Part shown: piece after piece, positions 42,889 to 43,711 of the stretch
Layout of the letters: every line of letters starts with the position of its first letter
Numbering within the stretch: position 1 is the stretch's first letter
Virus record (IMG/VR): IMGVR_UViG_3300045988_142367
From: a virus
DNA: 43,711 nucleotides
Strand: one strand, 5' to 3'
Program-made: the position numbers and the translations under genes
Notes under the pieces: model-generated
The model's input: the letters and a program-made list of their open reading frames with translations, nothing else
Databases searched by the model: none
What the model was told of the DNA's origin: nothing

Positions 42889-43317
42889 TCAATTGATACC
42901 ACGCTTTGCGCTATGCGTCACCACCATATCTTTCAGCATCCACGCGTCCGGATTGCTTTTCGGACTGAACAGCCACGCCATCGCAGCCTCAAAAGCCTTG
43001 CGCCGGCCGCTAATCTTCGGATCCAATCTCGGCATTCCCCCAAGATGTACGCTATCCCCAGCGTCCCCAGGTGCCACCACGCGAACTCCGCCTTCCCCGC
43101 AACCGCCTGCACAGCGTTCACCATCAACGCCACCGCGACCACCACCGCAAGCACCCTCCAGATGCCCACCGTTGTCCTTTCCATTCGATCTTCTACGCTC
43201 ATAACTCATTTGTTTTCTGAATATTTTATTGTTATCTTCGCTCATTTGATGCTGTATTGCATTTGTATTGCGTTTGTGTTTACACTGCAAAGGTAAGATA
43301 ATTATCTTAATTAACAA
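42889..43317 (-). CDS. Leftward early ORF, frame B (C-terminal part looks genuine: ...KAFEAAMAWLFSPKSNPDAWMLKDMVVTHSAKRGIN)
   Basis: The N-terminal two thirds are Gly/Arg-rich, low-complexity sequence, while the C-terminal ~50 aa look protein-like. See also the frame A ORF 42933..43202. Confidence 0.35.
   Translation of the reverse strand: MLIKIIILPLQCKHKRNTNAIQHQMSEDNNKIFRKQMSYERRRSNGKDNGGHLEGACGGGRGGVDGERCAGGCGEGGVRVVAPGDAGDSVHLGGMPRLDPKISGRRKAFEAAMAWLFSPKSNPDAWMLKDMVVTHSAKRGIN
42933..43202 (-). CDS. Leftward early ORF, frame A (two-TM N-terminal part looks genuine)
   Basis: MSVEDRMERTTVGIWRVLAVVVAVALMVNAVQAVAGKAEFAWWHLGTLGIAYILG has two clean TM helices. The remaining 34 aa are Arg-rich nonsense-like sequence. 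The two frames cross at a G5 run (43037..43041). Confidence 0.35.
   Translation of the reverse strand: MSVEDRMERTTVGIWRVLAVVVAVALMVNAVQAVAGKAEFAWWHLGTLGIAYILGECRDWIRRLAAGARLLRLRWRGCSVRKAIRTRGC
43288..43308. promoter_or_regulatory. Leftward -7 box TACCTTTG (43288..43295, minus) abutting the 14-bp perfect palindrome AAGATAATTATCTT (43295..43308): candidate switch operator
   Basis: Plus strand CAAAGGTA is minus strand TACCTTTG. The palindrome was verified base by base. It lies in the 135-bp divergent region between the CI-like gene and the leftward operon. Confidence 0.45.
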
Positions 43318-43337
43318 GATAAAAATAGAGAAAATTT

Positions 43338-43711
43338 ATGACGGAAAAAGAGAAGATTAAGCAATATCTTGAACGCAAGGGTATTAGCAAAAATAGTTTT
43401 TATCAGAAGACTGGGTTGTCGATGGGGTTTCTTGACAGCGGCAAAAGCTTGGGTGTCGATAAACTCAAGACAATTATCGAGAATTATCCAGATCTTTCCC
43501 TTGATTGGCTAGTCTTCGATAAGGAGAACGTGATGTCGAACAACACGATTAACAATCCTGGTGTCGTGTTGAATGGCCAAAATAATGGTCATATCGACCA
43601 GCGCCAATATTATTCCGACAGCCCCGATGTCCTCAGAGCCCAGATCGAGCTCCTCGACGAACGCATCAAGGAGAAGGACGCCCAGATCAAGGAGAAGGAC
43701 GCCCAGATCAA
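43338..43711 (+). CDS. CI-like/XRE-type HTH repressor, N-terminal part (ORF runs off the window end and continues at 3..107)
   Basis: ATG at 43338. MTEKEKIKQYLERKGISKNSFYQKTGLSMGFLDSGKSLGVDKLKTIIENYPDLSLDWLVF matches the phage CI-repressor type HTH common in Bacteroidales. There is no stop before 43711, and the frame is continuous through the 55-nt overlap. Confidence 0.75.
   Translation, partial: MTEKEKIKQYLERKGISKNSFYQKTGLSMGFLDSGKSLGVDKLKTIIENYPDLSLDWLVFDKENVMSNNTINNPGVVLNGQNNGHIDQRQYYSDSPDVLRAQIELLDERIKEKDAQIKEKDAQI
43657..43711. repeat. 55-nt terminal direct repeat (identical to 1..55); circularisation overlap of the assembly
   Basis: Exact match by eye: ACGAACGCATCAAGGAGAAGGACGCCCAGATCAAGGAGAAGGACGCCCAGATCAA occurs at both ends. 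Confidence 0.9.

Larger units (their letters stand above)
1..43711. mobile_element. Complete circular temperate tailed-phage genome (siphovirus-like), unit length ~43,656 bp
   Basis: Bases 43657..43711 are identical to 1..55, so the contig closes on itself. Gene content is integrase + CI-like repressor + primase/helicase + terminase/portal/protease/capsid + tape measure + fibres + holin/endolysin. Genes are tightly packed and co-oriented. Confidence 0.8.

Noticed and set aside
1-43711. Stop-codon recoding with suppressor tRNAs, as in some crAss-like and Lak phages
   Set aside because: Under the standard code the genome already yields uninterrupted ORFs of 921, 1034, 1068 and 1202 aa with tight packing. 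The tRNA-like modules also lack a readable anticodon loop.

Overview
This window is a complete, circularly closed phage genome. The unit length is about 43,656 bp, because the last 55 nt repeat the first 55 nt. It looks like a temperate, siphovirus-like tailed phage. The host is most likely Bacteroidales, judging from BACON-type repeats in tail proteins, TAnnTTTG -7 boxes, a Bacteroidetes-type integrase and a CI-like HTH repressor. Almost all genes are on the minus strand. Reading that strand from high to low coordinates gives this order. (1) Leftward small early genes, 43317-42487. (2) An ORF-free 444-nt locus with two tRNA-shaped RNAs, 42486-42043. (3) An early/replication operon, 41336-35037, ending in a strong terminator. 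It holds a methyltransferase-like fragment, a second tyrosine recombinase, small DNA binders, a CHC2-Toprim-P-loop primase/helicase, a start-less hicA and an intact hicB. (4) A ~660-bp non-coding region with 13 GTGTAGTT-type iterons, a candidate origin. (5) One long late operon, 34366-2417. It holds an S49 protease, capsid, small and large terminase, portal and tape measure. It then has a moron island (Panacea antitoxin + MazF-like toxin, lipoprotein), BACON-rich tail and fibre proteins, holin, M15 endolysin and a DUF2829/Tad2-like protein. The only plus-strand genes are the integrase (1237-2400), the CI-like repressor spanning the circular junction (43338 to 107) and a small RHH protein (41630-41848). 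All calls come from motifs read directly in the translations and from manual repeat and hairpin inspection. No database search, folding program or statistics could be run. The most unusual items are the paired tRNA-mimic locus, the foreign recombinase cassette fused to a methyltransferase lacking its catalytic motif, the structured leader with face-to-face promoters, the repeat-flanked PanA/MazF-like cassette and the iteron field.
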